Shown here: piece after piece, positions 1 through 38,400 of the stretch
Numbering within the stretch: position 1 is the stretch's first letter
Layout of the letters: every line of letters begins with the position of its first letter
Source: Bugula neritina
Lineage: Eukaryota > Animalia > Bryozoa
Direction of reading: 5' to 3'
Assembly (NCBI GenBank): GCA_964035545.1
Contig: OZ037766.1
Coordinates: 7,864,722-7,928,721 of the forward strand
Length of the DNA stretch: 64,000 nucleotides
Program-made: the position numbers and the translations under genes
Notes under the pieces: model-generated
Database searches by the model: none
Told to the model about the DNA's origin: nothing
The model's input: the letters and a program-made list of their open reading frames with translations, nothing else

Positions 1-599
1 GTAAATGGTTAGATGATAATAACTTTGATGGAGTTTTCTTGCTTTGGCAACTCAGTGTTACTTTAGAAAAAAAATTGACTGTTTATATAATGTTTGAAAC
101 TTGGATGCACGTATAATTCATTTTCAACTGGTAAAATATTTCAATGACTCTAGTGTTTTATACTTCATAAATTGAAAACTAGCTGAACGTCTAACAGCCA
201 CAAATATTATTAATATTTTGTGTTAAAGTTAATAAGAAAATTCACTATAGCTTAATGAATATATACAAAGTTCCAGTTTTAGCAGGCATAATATCACATG
301 AAATAATATTATTACTTGAAACAATACTGTTATAGTGATTATGATTAATGGTAATACTAATTTATTAGTATTCTTAACCCCAGCTCTCTTATGGAGAATA
401 CTGCATACAAGTATCAGTTTCATGCATAAAGTCTTGATTAGGGAAACTTATACAAGGTCGTAGGAATTTGTCAAACAAGCGGCTCTTCCCTGCTTTAATT
501 TCCTGTTCTATGTTTGCCATTTGTTAATGCAAGGTTTAAATTACTGATACAACTGTTTAGTCTGATTTTGAGCCCTTAGATTTAATGCTCTGTTTACAG

Positions 600-1336
600 G
601 ACGATTTGATTGATGAAGTTGATTCATTTATTGCTGCTGCTGAGTTGCTTAGAGAGAGAGGTGCATACAAGATATATGTTGTGGCAACCCACGGCCTCCT
701 CTCCTTAGATGCTCCTCAGCTCCTGGAGGACTCTGTCATAGATGAGGTATAGTATTCACCGCAAGAACTTGCTGTACATTGCATTCCCATTGCCTCCAAT
801 GGATCTGTACCGGTCTCGTGCAGATGGATTTGTGGTTGCGGTTTGCATGAACTTTTGGTTGTAGTTTCATTCGATGCAGCTGTTCCCAAACATTGGGTGA
901 AAAATCTATTCGCATAATGGGAAGCAATGGGAACGCAAAAATGTTGTAGTTGATGTAGTTACTGTGGATTGAATCTCTTGTCTTACCTAATTGTGCTGGG
1001 AGATTAGCTACGCAGCTTCTCAGTGTGATAATACTGAAAACTTACAACTTGTGAACACTTCTGCTGGAATCACGAGTAAATCCTTTCGCATTGTACTTTT
1101 TTACAGCTACTAGTGTGCCTTCACAATAAGGTGTAGTGTTATGTGTATTTTGTATTCTTTGCATTCATTCTGTGCAGGTGGTGGTAACAAATGCGATACC
1201 ACATGAAGTGCAGAAGTTGCAGTGTGGTAAGATAAAGACGGTAGATGTGAGTGCCTTGTTTGCTGAGGCTATCCGACGTATTCACAACCAGGAATCTATG
1301 TCTCACCTGTTCAGGAATGTGGCTGCTGATGACTAA
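600..1336 (+). CDS. PRPSAP2: Phosphoribosyl pyrophosphate synthase-associated protein, last two exons (600-746, 1178-1336); 5' part lies outside the window
   Basis: GT-AG exons translate to [49 protein letters not shown]|[52 protein letters not shown]. This matches the PRPSAP1/2 C-terminus rather than catalytic PRPS. The paralog number is arbitrary. Confidence 0.9.
779..938. repeat. Small imperfect inverted repeat (MITE-like) in PRPSAP intron
   Basis: TTGCATTCCCATTGCCTCCAAT (~779-800) pairs with ATGGGAAGCAATGGGAACGCAA (~917-938). Confidence 0.5.
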
Positions 1337-2168
1337 CTACTATATGTTCTTAACGCACACTTTACATGAAAAGCAATAGCAAGTGCACTACTCTAAGCCT
1401 CCCTGCTCTTAATACGCAGTATATGCTGTTCCAACAGTGAAAGGTCACTATGCAAATTAGAAGCATAAAGATTTTAGATGGTGCTATGATTTTGTTCACT
1501 TGTCCTAAATATACTAGATTTAGTTTTATGCTCTTTAAACATTCTCCCCCAATATCATGTACACCATTTTAAATCTTACCACAAGACTTATATTAGTGAA
1601 GATTACTGATCAATGTTTTAACTTTTTAAAATCATAGTTTATAATCATTTAATAGCATGCCTATAAGGCAGCCGTATAATTTTTGTACCTTTTTACATAA
1701 AACTTTCCAATTTTTATCATTATATATAATAAATATTTGTCTCTGCCAAACCAATTATTTCTCTACCCTGAAGTACTATTTACATAAATGTGTATGTTTT
1801 ATTAAAGTTTTTGTTATTATAATTTTATTGAAAAAATAATCATATTAATAATTAGAAAGGAAATTTGTGCTGAAAGGAAGGAAAAACAGTATATTAATTA
1901 TAATCATATGCCCTCTTGCCTTCATTGCTAAAGAGGCCTTGTCCATAATGTCTATATACAGCTTAAGCTTCGAGTCAGTAAATAAAGATCATCCAGTTTT
2001 AGAAAAGTGCTGCATACTTTTGTACATCTAAACTATTGTTGATTTCTTAACCATTTTAGTGTTCGAAATAATGTACAAAAATCTCCCCACTCATACTTTG
2101 AATATTCCAGCTCTGTTAACTTCGCCTTGCTATCAGTTATCGTAAAAAATGCCCTATTTAGTTTACTC

Positions 2169-26071
<23,903 letters not shown>

Positions 26072-26908
26072 ATTGAAGTTCTAAAATACACAAAGTTATA
26101 CAATAGCAATGAAGTTGCAATTTCATGCAGTGAGCTTGTATAGGTAAATATAAAAATTATACCAAACACAAATTTTATAAAAACAAATTTACAGTGTGCT
26201 TTTTGTTAAATGTACACGTTAACTCAAATCTATACTATCTGATATTACATATAAAGTTAGTTTTTCTTAGTTTTGAAAAAAAAAACATAGTAAAAGTATT
26301 AGCATCAAATAACATCACTAGATATATTTGAATGTTTTTTCTTTTGAATTTGTAAAATTCATTTCTAACTCTCACAATAGGTTTTAAGTAATAAAAATTC
26401 ATGCATTTTGATGCATACAGTTAATAACAATAGTCTATATTGTTATCATTAATATTAGTATTACTCTACTCTCATTTGAATTTAACTCAAGATCACACTG
26501 AAAATACAATCTAACACATTGGCACTTAAGGCAACTTACTTAACAATAATTTATTTAAACCATGGTACTTTTTGTACACAAGCAAGACTAATAATTAAAT
26601 TCAATATAATATCTTATCTCATATTATACTCAACCTGCACCAGTACATTATCATTTATGCAAATGGGTAGTAACTCAATCATCAAATCAATGAGACAATC
26701 GCTATGTCAATGCCAATGTCATCACTGTGACATTGACTGATGATCAAAGTAAATAAACTACAACAATTTATTGATAATCAATTATGTTACATTATATATA
26801 AAAATAAATTTGCCCTACGCTATAAATAATGTGTTTTAAAACAAAAACTCACTTCTCTATTTGATGCAACAGATTTTGTGCCAAGAAGTTAGCTAAGGAA
26901 ATGGCATT

Positions 26909-26921
26909 GTTGCTTAGTAAC
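26909..26921. promoter_or_regulatory. RFX X-box-like motif upstream of CFAP53
   Basis: GTTGCTTAGTAAC fits the X-box palindrome. It lies ~55 bp upstream of a minus-strand donor (AAG|gtgagt, 26852) of a likely non-coding first exon; the acceptor is at 26081. Confidence 0.6.
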
Positions 26922-27315
26922 AAGTTTTCAATCCCGTAAAAGTAGCTACTAAAAAAGAAAAATTTAATTTTTGATCAAATATATTTACAATAAATATATT
27001 ACTACAAAAAATACTAAAATGTTTTAAAATTGTTAATTTACAAAATTTCTTTGATGAGTCCTGTACAGCAATGTGGTCAAATCGACCCTAATAATATTAT
27101 TATCTCTTCAACACAAATCTACTTTGGGTTTTACCGAATTTTATCTTTGCCGATATAGATCGGCGCCAATTTTATAAAATTACCAAGTTTATAACCATCA
27201 CTGATTGCTGCAAGTGTAATGATAAAATCTTACCAAGTTCATCGCAATTGACACCAAAATAACAATTAATGATGATTAAATTTAGGATTGATGTGCTTAT
27301 CATTTTAATTGCATT

Positions 27316-27885
27316 CAGTATTATTAGTATTAGTTATAACTAGTAGTAGTACTACAAGTATTACTAATACTAATAGTTATAGTAATACTAATACTAATAG
27401 TAATACTAATAGTAATACTAATAGAAAACTACTAATACTAATACTAATAGTAAAACAGTAATGAGTAAAACTAAATGTAATACTAATACTAATAGTAACT
27501 CTAATACTAATAGTAATAGTAATACTAAGAGTAAGTCTAATAGTAAACTGTAAATGTAATAATCATAATGATACTTATAGTTATGCTAATATCAATATGC
27601 ACAGTAATACTTATACTAATTAATAGTAATACTATTGTAAAACTAAACAGTAAAGACTAAATCAAAATGAAAATGCAATAGTAATACTAATAGTAATGGT
27701 AATACTGTATCAGTATTACTATTACTATCAGTATTAGTATCACTATTACTTATTACTTATTACTATTAGTACTACTATTATATTTAAAGTTAGTATTACT
27801 ATTAGTATTAGTATCAGTAATACTAATACCTAATAGTAATAGTAATAGTAATGGTTGATATTAATACAGTAACACTAATAGTACA
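27316..27885. repeat. Low-complexity (TACTAA/TAG/TAA)n repeat
   Basis: Degenerate AATACT/AGTAAT tandem units in both orientations. Confidence 0.8.
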
Positions 27886-28198
27886 TAATTCAGTGAGTTT
27901 TCAAAAATGAGCAAAATAGCATAAAAAATACATGTCTGGATAAAGGGAATTAGTGTGATCCATCACAAAAAAAAATTTCAATTTATGTTTATTATTTTTC
28001 AGGTTATTCAAGAAAAAAGTCATTTGGAGGCACAAGAGGATACTGCAATACCAACTCATTGCAAAGAGCAGACTAGATGGTGATGTTGTGTCATACATAA
28101 CGCACTAAAAAATAGTCAACACAAGGACGATACTCAGGACGTAATAGTAAGAGTAATTACAGTAAAACTCATTGTAAATATATAGGAGTATAAAGAAA

Positions 28199-31100
28199 AT
28201 GACAACTCTTTCGGTGGGTATAGATGGATTGCTGGATGAGTACGTATCTAGAGTGGAGACTTTGATTGATTTGGTCAACATTAAACCAATATTGGAAGAT
28301 GAAGATGATATACAAGTTCCTGTTTATTCTGATATCGCTAAAGCAGCTGTTCACTTGGCCAACATGTGTAGAGAGAGTAAGACGCAACTTGCGAAGTCCG
28401 AAGAGCACCATAAAGAGTTGCAAGTGTGTTCAAATTTTGCATTTAATTTGGAATTCTAATTTAAAGGATTGCTCTATCTTGTCTAATAAATGGCCATTTA
28501 GGTCAAACACACATAATATTGTGTTTTCCTAAGCATGCATTGACAAAAAGCATTTGACCAAAGGTAGAAAAAGTTAGTTGAAGTTGAGGGTGTAGATTGG
28601 TAACAGCCAAAACGCCGATTTTGAAATGAGCTGGGAAATGTGACGTAACAGCGCCAGCATTCCTGCTGGTCACGTGACTATACAAATCAATAACTATAGA
28701 AATATGACTGTGAGATGTGATCTTTCAACTCGTAATTTGTATATTTATAGAAGTGCAATTATGTGAATTATCTCAATCTATAGTTTTTTGACATGTTAAA
28801 TAACATGTATGTGATAACATTAGGCCATATTTTGCTTGTAAACATTAGAAAAAAGCATTGCAAAAACATGCATTCTTTAGGATGAATGCCTGCGATCGAT
28901 CTAAACTAGGTCAGATTGTGCAATGTTACGGGCGCACCAAAGCTGACCTATATAGCGCACTGTAACTGCTTGAGCGTTATTGGTTGATGTTGTGCTCAGC
29001 AACCTTGAATACTAGCGTTATAGTTAGCATAGTTACTGGCGTTCACACGTCACGTATTAGGCTATTCTTTTTCATGGCTGAAAATTTTACCTCCTTCAAA
29101 ATTGGAATTTTGAAAAGCTGTTTTCTAGGCATATATCCCTTTGCAAAGTCACAATTGTTTGCATACACATTAGATTATAGTTCATAATTATAATGTGATT
29201 ATAATAAACTAAGATAGAGCAATCCTTTAAAGAGCATCACTGTAAAGTTAAAGTTTTAATTTGTAACTTTATTGCAATAATATGCTTAATCGCACATGTT
29301 CTGAAGTTTTTTCCTTGTTAGAAACTACACAGAGATCTGTCAGAAATGAACAAAAGTATTAGCTTTTTATCAGATAATGTGCCCTCATATTTGCCAGCAC
29401 CCGAACCCTCTGCCTTAAAGAAAGCTGCTGTGGCTACACCTGTTCAGTTAGTATACTTGTTACTGCTAGCATTTTTTCTTTCACCATAATTTGTTATATA
29501 CATGTCTATATGCACTGCGAGTTGAACCATTTGTATAAAATATGGCACCATCTACAGGTATAATATATCTGTAAGCTACTAATAGTTTTAAACATGTGCG
29601 GTTCATATCTTGCATAAATGTTTAGCAAAAGCCTTCACTGTATGTTCTTCTTTCTACAGAGCATCTCAGTCAAGGATTTCTAAGCAAAAGCCTAATTCTC
29701 GCACAAGCAAACCCCCTACAAAAGGGCCGAAGAAGAAGCCCCCTCCTCAGCTGTCTTATATTAAAGGAAAAGAATTTGGTTCAGTACCAAAGTAAGGATA
29801 TGGCTGTCTTAATGTTTTATTTGCTGTGACTTATTTGTAATAATTTGTTGGCTTTTATAAACAATGTTGAATACTTTATCACATAAAGTACAGTATTTAT
29901 ATAGTTACAATAAGTGGGAGGAGCCTACAATATAAACAGCTATCATTATGAGAATGACACAACCCTCACTACCATCATTACCCATCTTGGTATTCCCTTT
30001 GTTATTCTCTTATAGTATCTCCATCAAATTTCGACTTCAAGTTGCTGTATTAGTTGAGTAATTTTCGTGCTATAAAAATTTTTAGATTAAATTGTTCAGC
30101 TCTGTCGTCTGATGGAGAAGTCTTGTTTTGCTTCAACTTTCTGTGTAAAAATGTGTTTTTGATTTATAACAATGTTTGATATGCTATACATTAGCTCTTG
30201 TCAACACTCGTTGGGGTCTTCAGCTGCAGCTGATTATTTAAAAGAACACATTGAATTGCATACTATGCTATTCAATGTGCTCATTAATATATTCAGATCT
30301 GTAAAATAACACCGTGATTCAACTTTTCACTTTTTAAATAGATATATGAAGGGCCGAATCCTCTATAGTGATGTCAACAAGTGTGTAGATGTCATCAATA
30401 CAACTGCTGTTGAAAAATATAAAGTAGTTGGTAAGACGCAAGGGTTGACAGATTTCCAGCGCCGAAAAAAACTTGATTATAAGCAGCTTGAAGACAAGTC
30501 CACTGAGAGTAAGTCTATACAATGTGTTCTCTTTCTAGTTATACAGTAACTTTACACTTTATTCACAATGCTACATCCTTGCTTTATCTGTCATTCAGCA
30601 TCTGTCCATCAGGGTTGGGGTAATTGTAATTTGTAATTGGTTGTAATTAATTACATTTTTTCAAGTAATTGAATGTGATTTGTAATTGATGTATAAAAAT
30701 GTAATTGTAATTAATTACATACATATCTAACGTAATTGATTGTTGCAATTACTTTATAATTACGTATCAATTACTTCAAACTTTTAAATCTTAAAGATTT
30801 CATGCTTTTCCTACCATGCCTACTGTTAACTAACAAGTTCAGATTAATTCAATGTAGTATAGTATCACTGCTAAGAACAAAGGAGATTCACCACTGTCAA
30901 AATTGCCCCTGGTAGTTGAACCCTAGAAGCAAGAATGCATAACTTCTATGTATCCCTTATTAGGACAAAAATAATTGTAATTAATTACATTGCCATGTAA
31001 TTGTAATTAATTACATTACTTTTTAACTGTAATTATAATTGTAATTGACAAATTTTCATGTAATTGTAATTAATTACACTAACCTGTAATTGACCCCAAC

Positions 31101-32377
31101 CCTGCTGTCCATCACTATGTTTCAATTCATGTTTCTATACATCTAATGGGTTCTCATACACGTTATACCATATGAAAGAGTGCACGTTCCTATGGACAAT
31201 CCAGAGGGTCTTTTCTTGAAAGAAGACAACTCCAAATTATTCAGTCCCGCATTTTTGCCAGGCATAAATGTAATCTTGTTGCTGCATTATAATGTAAACA
31301 AAGATGGTCAATATTGAGTTGTCTTCATACAACTCGCTGTGCTCTGATTTGCTCTGTTTTAATTTTAGTTGAATAAAATTTATTAGGTACCATACGAAAC
31401 TTTGAGTTGGGCTGTTCTAAATTAAAAAAAGGCATAAGCTAATGAAGCTTAAATTATTTTATGATGAATAAAGTCAAGGTCTACTAGAAATTTTCAGAAT
31501 GAACTTATGCAAATGGTCATTTTCCATTGAATAAGCCTTTCAAATGGGTTTTTGCCGTGTAGTTGTGATTTCATTTGATTAACGCTGTGCCCATGCAACG
31601 AATAGAAAAGTCCATTTTTTAAAGGAGTGACAGTTCAGTAAATCGAGTATGGCTATTTTAGTATTTTAAAACTGTTTTGGCAATATACCTGCTGATGTAC
31701 AGTTTTAAATGTTTTTATGATTGAGTTTACATATATGCTAAATAATGTCTGATCCTGAGTTTCTGTCATTCAATGACCCAATTGCCATAATATCTTTAAG
31801 TTTCCGATGAATATGCTGGTAACACACATACTGACAAACATGCTGAACTCCTCTCACTTAAGTTAAGAAAATCAACACAAGACGGTATCTTAGGATATAG
31901 CTACCCACCAGTATACAATGGCACTTACTCTATCCAGTATTCACACGAAACTTTACAGAATTATAGTCTGTCTTACCAGTACATGGGGACCTGCATGTAT
32001 TGTGCAATCTACTGCCCAACTCTCAGTCGAGCATCACTTATCTTGTTGAATTTTTCTGCGAACTGAGTTCATGAAACGAAGCTTTGGTATTCCATTATTT
32101 TATATTTTAAACTAGAACATACTATTGGACATTCATAGAATGACCAAAGTTGTCTTAACTGATGCACAAACCAGTTTATGGGGTTTACCTATGATTTTGC
32201 ATGTGTCTTGCAGATGCTCATTTCGTGGTAGACGTGGATATTGCGGAGTTAACTTCTACCAAACTAGACAAACAGTTCTATTCTATATTGACTATTCTAA
32301 GGCACTGTGGTAGGATCAAACAGTCCAGGATTGGTAAAGTTACTCGGTATATCCTGAACCCTGAAAGCAATGAGTAG
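28199..32377 (+). CDS. SKA1: Spindle and kinetochore-associated protein 1; exons 28199-28423, 29322-29446, 29660-29791, 30342-30508, 32214-32377
   Basis: Spliced translation ...SYIKGKEFGSVPKYMKGRILYSDVNKCVDVINTTAVEKYK...HFVVDVDIAELTSTKLDKQFYSILTILRHCGRIKQSRIGKVTRYIL matches the SKA1 microtubule-binding domain (EFNGVPSYMKSRL...ILRHCRRLSEVRGGGLTRY). Confidence 0.9.
28465..29226. mobile_element. Non-autonomous Kolobok-like DNA transposon in SKA1 intron
   Basis: Perfect 16-bp TIR AGGATTGCTCTATCTT / AAGATAGAGCAATCCT flanked by TTAA on both sides (28461-28464, 29227-29230); purine-purine terminus. Confidence 0.8.
30610..31104. mobile_element. hAT-type MITE in SKA1 intron
   Basis: TIR CAGGGTTGGGGT / ACCCCAACCCTG, 8-bp TSD CTGTCCAT (30602-30609, 31105-31112), and subterminal GTAATT/AATTAC repeats. 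Confidence 0.9.
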
Positions 32378-32384
32378 CATTTGA

Positions 32385-32490
32385 GTCCATAGTCAACAGT
32401 GTAGTCCATAGTCAACAGTGTAGTCCACAGTCAATAGTGTAGTCCATAGTCAACACTACAGAGTCAACTAACTGTGTAGTCCATGGTCAG
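32385..32490 (+). repeat. 19-bp tandem repeat in SKA1 3' UTR
   Basis: GTCCATAGTCAACAGTGTA, about 4-5 degenerate copies. Confidence 0.8.
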
Positions 32491-35342
32491 TTGCATAATA
32501 CACTCAAACTTTCTTCGGTTCTTTGGTACTTGTGTCATTTAATTTATATTGTAGAGATTTATTGAAACTATATATTAGTAGTACTACTTGAATGTTACAC
32601 TTTATGAGGTTGAAATGCCATGCATACAGTTATGTAAACTATTTGAACTTGTCTTGGTAAACTTGTTGACTATTGTGTGATGGTAGTTTTATCACTGTAC
32701 TTTAAACTAAGATGTTTTCTGCTAAATGCCTTAGCCATAGTGCAACTTGCCAGATATGTATGCTATATGCACCTTAAGTAGTGAACAAACCAACCAGGAA
32801 TAATCTAGTTTGCATACAAATAGTAGTCAGGATTTCATTTTAAATTAAATTATTATTATGTTTTATGGGTTGTGTTCTGATTTTCTATGAGATTTTGCTT
32901 GGAAGAATAATGATAGCTTCAGTATTGCTTTTTTATTCTTGTAGTCTTTTTTATTATTTAACACCTCATTTCTAGTTAATAAAATAAATAATGAAATGCC
33001 AAGAATTTGTTACTGGTATAAAATGATAATTATGTTTAAATGATACGTATTTTATCTGCCTCTAAATAGGAATTTGTGTGTATTATATGTAAACCAATGA
33101 ATATGCACTAAAGGTGAAGCAGTTTCTTCAATGATGTTTTCACATGAAATTATCCGCTGCTAGAAGGTATTTTACTACTAAACTCTAGTTATGTACTCTT
33201 GTAATATTATCCAGAAAGTGCTGTTTAATTTTAATATCACCAATCAGCTTTCATCTAAAAGTCTGAGCACATAGTAACTATTCAGCTCTAAAATATTTTT
33301 TATGCAAAATTTAAACCCTTCCACTTCAGTTTTGAACTTCGTTTTGTATTTAGGCCCAGTTGGGAGAATACAGTCACTTGTAATTCAAGGGTGGGCAACT
33401 TCTGCACGAATTCCCACTTATCACTTTTACTTGCGAGTCAAAAGACTGTATATTTTGAACTACTTTTCTTAGTTCCCAGGCCTTTCAACTGATTTTATTG
33501 CTTGAGAACATTTGTGAGAGGATAGATGAAGAAAAAAACTACAATTTGCTATCAAACTTGAAATCTGACACTGTACAAGTGATGCAATATACAACAGCAC
33601 TGTTTGCATGGCTGTTTAGACTGCTGAACTTCAAAAACTGCATACTAGGCTACTCTAAATACTACAAAATTTGTGACAATTGGCTTAAAAACTGATAGGT
33701 TTATGTCAAAAATCAAAACTTAAGTTATAATGTGGATAATTTGCTAATATTTTGCATATTTACTATATTTTTTTAATGTCCATTTCAGCTACATTAGTTT
33801 GCTCAATATTTATTAATTTACTGGCCGGACCAAAAACCTAAAATATAATTAATCATCAAATTGTAAAGCTAAAAGTTTGTTTTTGCGTGAATAAAAACAA
33901 GTTGAAAACAATAATTAATCCCGCAGACCCTTTTAACATGTCCCAATACTCAATTTACAATTAGGAGTTGTGCCCACCATGCTGATTCATTATTTTTTTT
34001 TAAAATCTAATTACTCGCCACATGAAAATGTTAAACTTTAGCTAGTGCATAAAATCTAAACTTTACTATAAACATAATAATTTCCTGTAAAATAGATAAT
34101 TAAGTAGCAGGTCACACTTTTTTAGTACAATACACTCCCTCCATATCTCACGGTTCCAGTTGTCACGAAATTACATAGGTCACCAGTATTTAGGCTTATG
34201 TATGTGTTTATATAGAAAAATGGCCCAATTTTTAGTGAATCTGTGAGTTAAATCTGATATTCCACTATGTCAAAAATCGAGGTTAGTGCGATAAGGCGGA
34301 GCACTGTATTTTAATCAACTTTCTATAAATGAAGTCATAGCAAGTTGTGAAAAAATGATTATTTTTTGTTGAATGCATGGGTGTAATGCTGCAGTGGCAA
34401 CTCATCAATTATTTGACAAGCTGACTTTCACCACACTGGTTTATAGAGTTGTCAAATGAAATCAACAAAAGCCATTTATTAGCTCATATTAATATAATTA
34501 TAAGTTATTGTTGGCATTCTGCCTCCTTATCAATATAAGTATAGATAGAACACAGTCCGCTAGACATGAATGGTAATATTTGATGCATTGTCTTAGCGTG
34601 TAGGCCTAAGCATGTTCTAGCAGTTCTATTTTGGAGTGTTAGTGATACATTATTTTAAATGTTTTGCAGAGTTTCATGTTTGTACAAAAGGGTACTAACT
34701 CATACAACGCGCAGTGAATTAATCAGCTGTAGCCACCTGTTCAATCTAGCAATGTAAAAGACTAATTATACTGCAACTGCAAAAATTCACATGAAAGTTA
34801 GGTATGAGTAGTAGTGCAGCAGATTGGGCGGACTAGATGGCTGGCAGTAAACTATTGAGTGTATAGATGTTTTTCTAGAGCTTTCCTTCAAAGTAATTCA
34901 ATTAGGGAAACTCAAGACTATGATTCACAATGATTGCCAGCTATATGCAGTAGATAAGCTCTGAGGCATCTCATAATTTGACCTCTAATATTTTCCTGGG
35001 ATTTTAATTTTGGAAAATGGTCTTTTAACTTACCACTAGAAACACAAAAACATGTAACTAGTGTTAAATATATTATAATCAAAATTTGTAATACCAAGTA
35101 ACAGCAGCTATAAAAATGACTCATATCTATTTTGAAGCTATGTATTTACATGATATGCATGTAAGTCAATATGTAAATTCAGATGGCATTATAAAGCAAC
35201 ATAAAGGATTTTGAGAATGACACTGAGTCTTTAGTGAGCTATGGGAACTATATTAGTTATAGGAGTTATGTTGAAATGGGTGTCTAGTTTTAATAGAAAG
35301 CCCTGACCACTGGAATGCAATTTTTAAACTTGCCTATTGTCA

Positions 35343-35466
35343 GTTAGCATTTAGTATCTTATCTCACATACACAGGCCATTCACTCATGTCTATATAGAC
35401 ATAAAATACAGGCTATGTACATTGAATAACAGTCTGTGTATGTAAGATAAGGATATAAACGCTAAC
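35343..35466. repeat. Imperfect ~40-bp inverted repeat (MITE-like hairpin)
   Basis: GTTAGCATTTAGTATCTTATCTCACATACACAGGC pairs with GTCTGTGTATGTAAGATAAGGATATAAACGCTAAC. Confidence 0.55.
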
Positions 35467-38400
35467 ACAACTCAGCCATTGCATCATTCTGTACCATACA
35501 TGTCCGGTGATCTGGCATCTAACCATCAGCTTTGAGAATTGGATTTTAGAAAGACAGTGCGACTTACATTTTTATATGGGCTGCTGACCCTGGTCTATAG
35601 TGTAGTTGGACAACAGTCAGCTAATTGAATAATAATTTATGTTTATATTCCAGCTGTCACCTCAGCATTACACAGTAAGCCAATGTAACAAAAATGCTTT
35701 CAAGTTTACTTTTCCAAGATTTACAATAAAAGAAATTAACTTTTCGTAGACATTTTTTAAATACTACGATTGCCATTATTTAAACATCTACCTTATGGAA
35801 AAATAGTGTATAACATAATTCTGAATTTATTTGACAGTTTCTGTCTGTCTTTAATACAAATTGAATATTGGGGGCAGTAGCTAGAAAATATTCAGAATTA
35901 AGTTAGCAAGCTAATTTTGACTTTTGATGCAATATGCAAGACTTAGTATACATTATATAATAGAATATGTGATATATGTAACATGCAGTTAGAGATATAA
36001 TATATGTAACCTGTCCTAAGAAATCTGGCCATATGAAATGAAAAGAGCAGCTAATTATCATGTGCATTCACTATAATAAACTATAGTTTTACATATAATA
36101 CACAATATAGAGACAGCATACAAATTAATAATCTTTTTGTTGTTTAGAGCTTTTTGACATGATCCTAAACATATTATTGTTTCAAGTTTTAGCCATAATT
36201 TCACATGTAGATTTGATATTCACATAGTTAACTATATATTTAATAACTTTTTATTACAGCATTCTACCATTTTTACTCATGCATTCAACATTACAATGTA
36301 TTCTTTTTTGAAAAATATCCTAACAGAACCATATGTAATGGACTACACATGCAGCAGTCAAAGGTCATCACTTTAAACAGATGACTGAGCTCACTGCACA
36401 ATCATAGCAGCAAGATAATGAGATATTTATAGTATGGCAATACATTAATAGGGCATGCAATAGTGTTGCAAGCAGGAAACTGGGGCAGCCACCCGGATGT
36501 TTGTCAGGGATGATTCTGCTGAGTCGGGGCGATGTATTGTCACAATGTGACTGACCTAATTTAGTTGAGAAAACGTGCTAAAGTTAATGAAAAGTGCTAA
36601 AAAACATACTGTTTACCAAGATTCAATATCCCTGATGTAAGACACTGTTTTCTTTGTTCAGTAGAGCTTTTTTATCTTGTAGAAAAAAGGCATTATTTTA
36701 TTCTTGAAAGATTCTTATAGACCTTACTTCTATAATAAGTCAAACTTGTAATATGATAGTAAGATACAGCTTATAATCAAGCAGCAATAGAGAGAAACAT
36801 ACAGTTCAGTAGCTGCGGTGTTAGTTATTACTTTACCACTTTACTACTTGCATAATATATTTTTACTTGCTTTTAGTTCTTATGTTTTTATATTTTCTAA
36901 CATTATATTGCATAATTGCACTCTTTCAATCTTACGTATTATAACAGCATAAGTTGTACCAATTTTAGACTTTACTGTGTTGCTTTGTGGAATGAAATTG
37001 TTTAGCAATAAACTCCATTCTAAAAATACCAGTGAATCTACCTCTTGTTGCTTGGCAACGAGAGGTAGATTCACTTATTTATTATTTTATTATTTTGTAA
37101 TAATATAATACAACTGTGAATTTATTTGAAGATTCAGATTTTGCTACTCTTGACTTTGAAGGCAGTCTGCATGTAACTTAATGGGCCACCCAGCTTCTGG
37201 TTCCTCTATAATTCAGCTGTTTTGTTGATGCTTTAGTTTTGGTTGGATATTTTGTAACAGTTAAGCTTATTATTTAAGCTATTTAGGTTAGGAAGCTACA
37301 GTGTTCTGACCTTGTGGTCTTTTAGTTAAACTTCAGCAGTGATGAAGGGTTACCACAAGTTGGACATCTAATCAGCACAGTATTATCAGTAAGTAAGTGA
37401 ATTGCTGATTATCAATCTACTGCTGGAAACTTATAGGTCCATGCAGCTGTTTATACACTGCAAATACTAGAGCTCTACTTAATATTTGATCTGCCGTAAA
37501 TGTTGCACTGCATATTGCAAGTTACTAACTAACTAATAATAACTAATTAATATTATTATGAGCTGTCTGACGAAGTGTGCTAAATCTCAATCAGTCTAAT
37601 TAGTATTAGTAATTTTAAGTTTCAGTTTGTATAAAAATGCTTTCAATTGTTTGTTTCAAATATTCACTCAATAATTTACATGCACATAATTATGCATGGG
37701 CAGCAATTTTTCGGCTTTTAATACACAATGAAGTTATGTTGATGCATATGTATACAATTTGTTGCAATAGCTTACAATATTAGTTTCAAGTCAATTAAAC
37801 GGGGCTTGCACACACCACAACTACTAGTGCAATTCGTGAAAATTTACTTCTGCAATTGAGGCATTTAATGTCATATTTAGTAATATAGCTAAATATAAGT
37901 ACATATGGGTCCTATAATTGTACCCAACTAATGCTAATGCTTCTTTAGATAATCTAAGTAAACAGTTTTGATTTAACTTATTAAATTATTTCTGGTAGTA
38001 AAATGTACTCTTAATTTCATAGTCCTTACTAGTTTGTAGTCATGTGACAATTATACAATGCAATGGTTCTATGTAAACTCAATTTTTATATTTTCAATCG
38101 ATATTGTATGCGGAAAATGAAAACCTTGGAGTTATCTTTGCTCAACACGTTTCACTTCGACCCCAGATTTTACCACAACCTGATTATTGGATATTTAGCA
38201 TAATATTATTTAGATATAATTATGATATATTTAGCAAATATAGAGATGATTTTCACTTGCACTTTTATTTCACAGTTTAAATATATGTAATGGCTATAGG
38301 TTAATAAATATATTTACAGATTATTAAACTATAGGACGGAAGTGTATGCCTGGGGCTATGGTCATAATGAGATAGCTATAACTAAACATCTATGAACTAA

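Noticed and set aside
30602-30609. Both 8-bp TSDs begin with CTGTC
   Set aside because: Only two sites from different families; chance cannot be excluded.
32385-32490. Short direct repeats resembling a CRISPR array
   Set aside because: Head-to-tail minisatellite with no unique spacers, in a eukaryotic UTR.
33386-33981. Possible hAT MITE (CAAGGGTGGGCAAC ... GTTGTGCCCACCATG)
   Set aside because: TIRs are degenerate and no TSD is recognisable.
34125-34288. Possible Tigger/pogo-like MITE
   Set aside because: Termini are too decayed to support a call.
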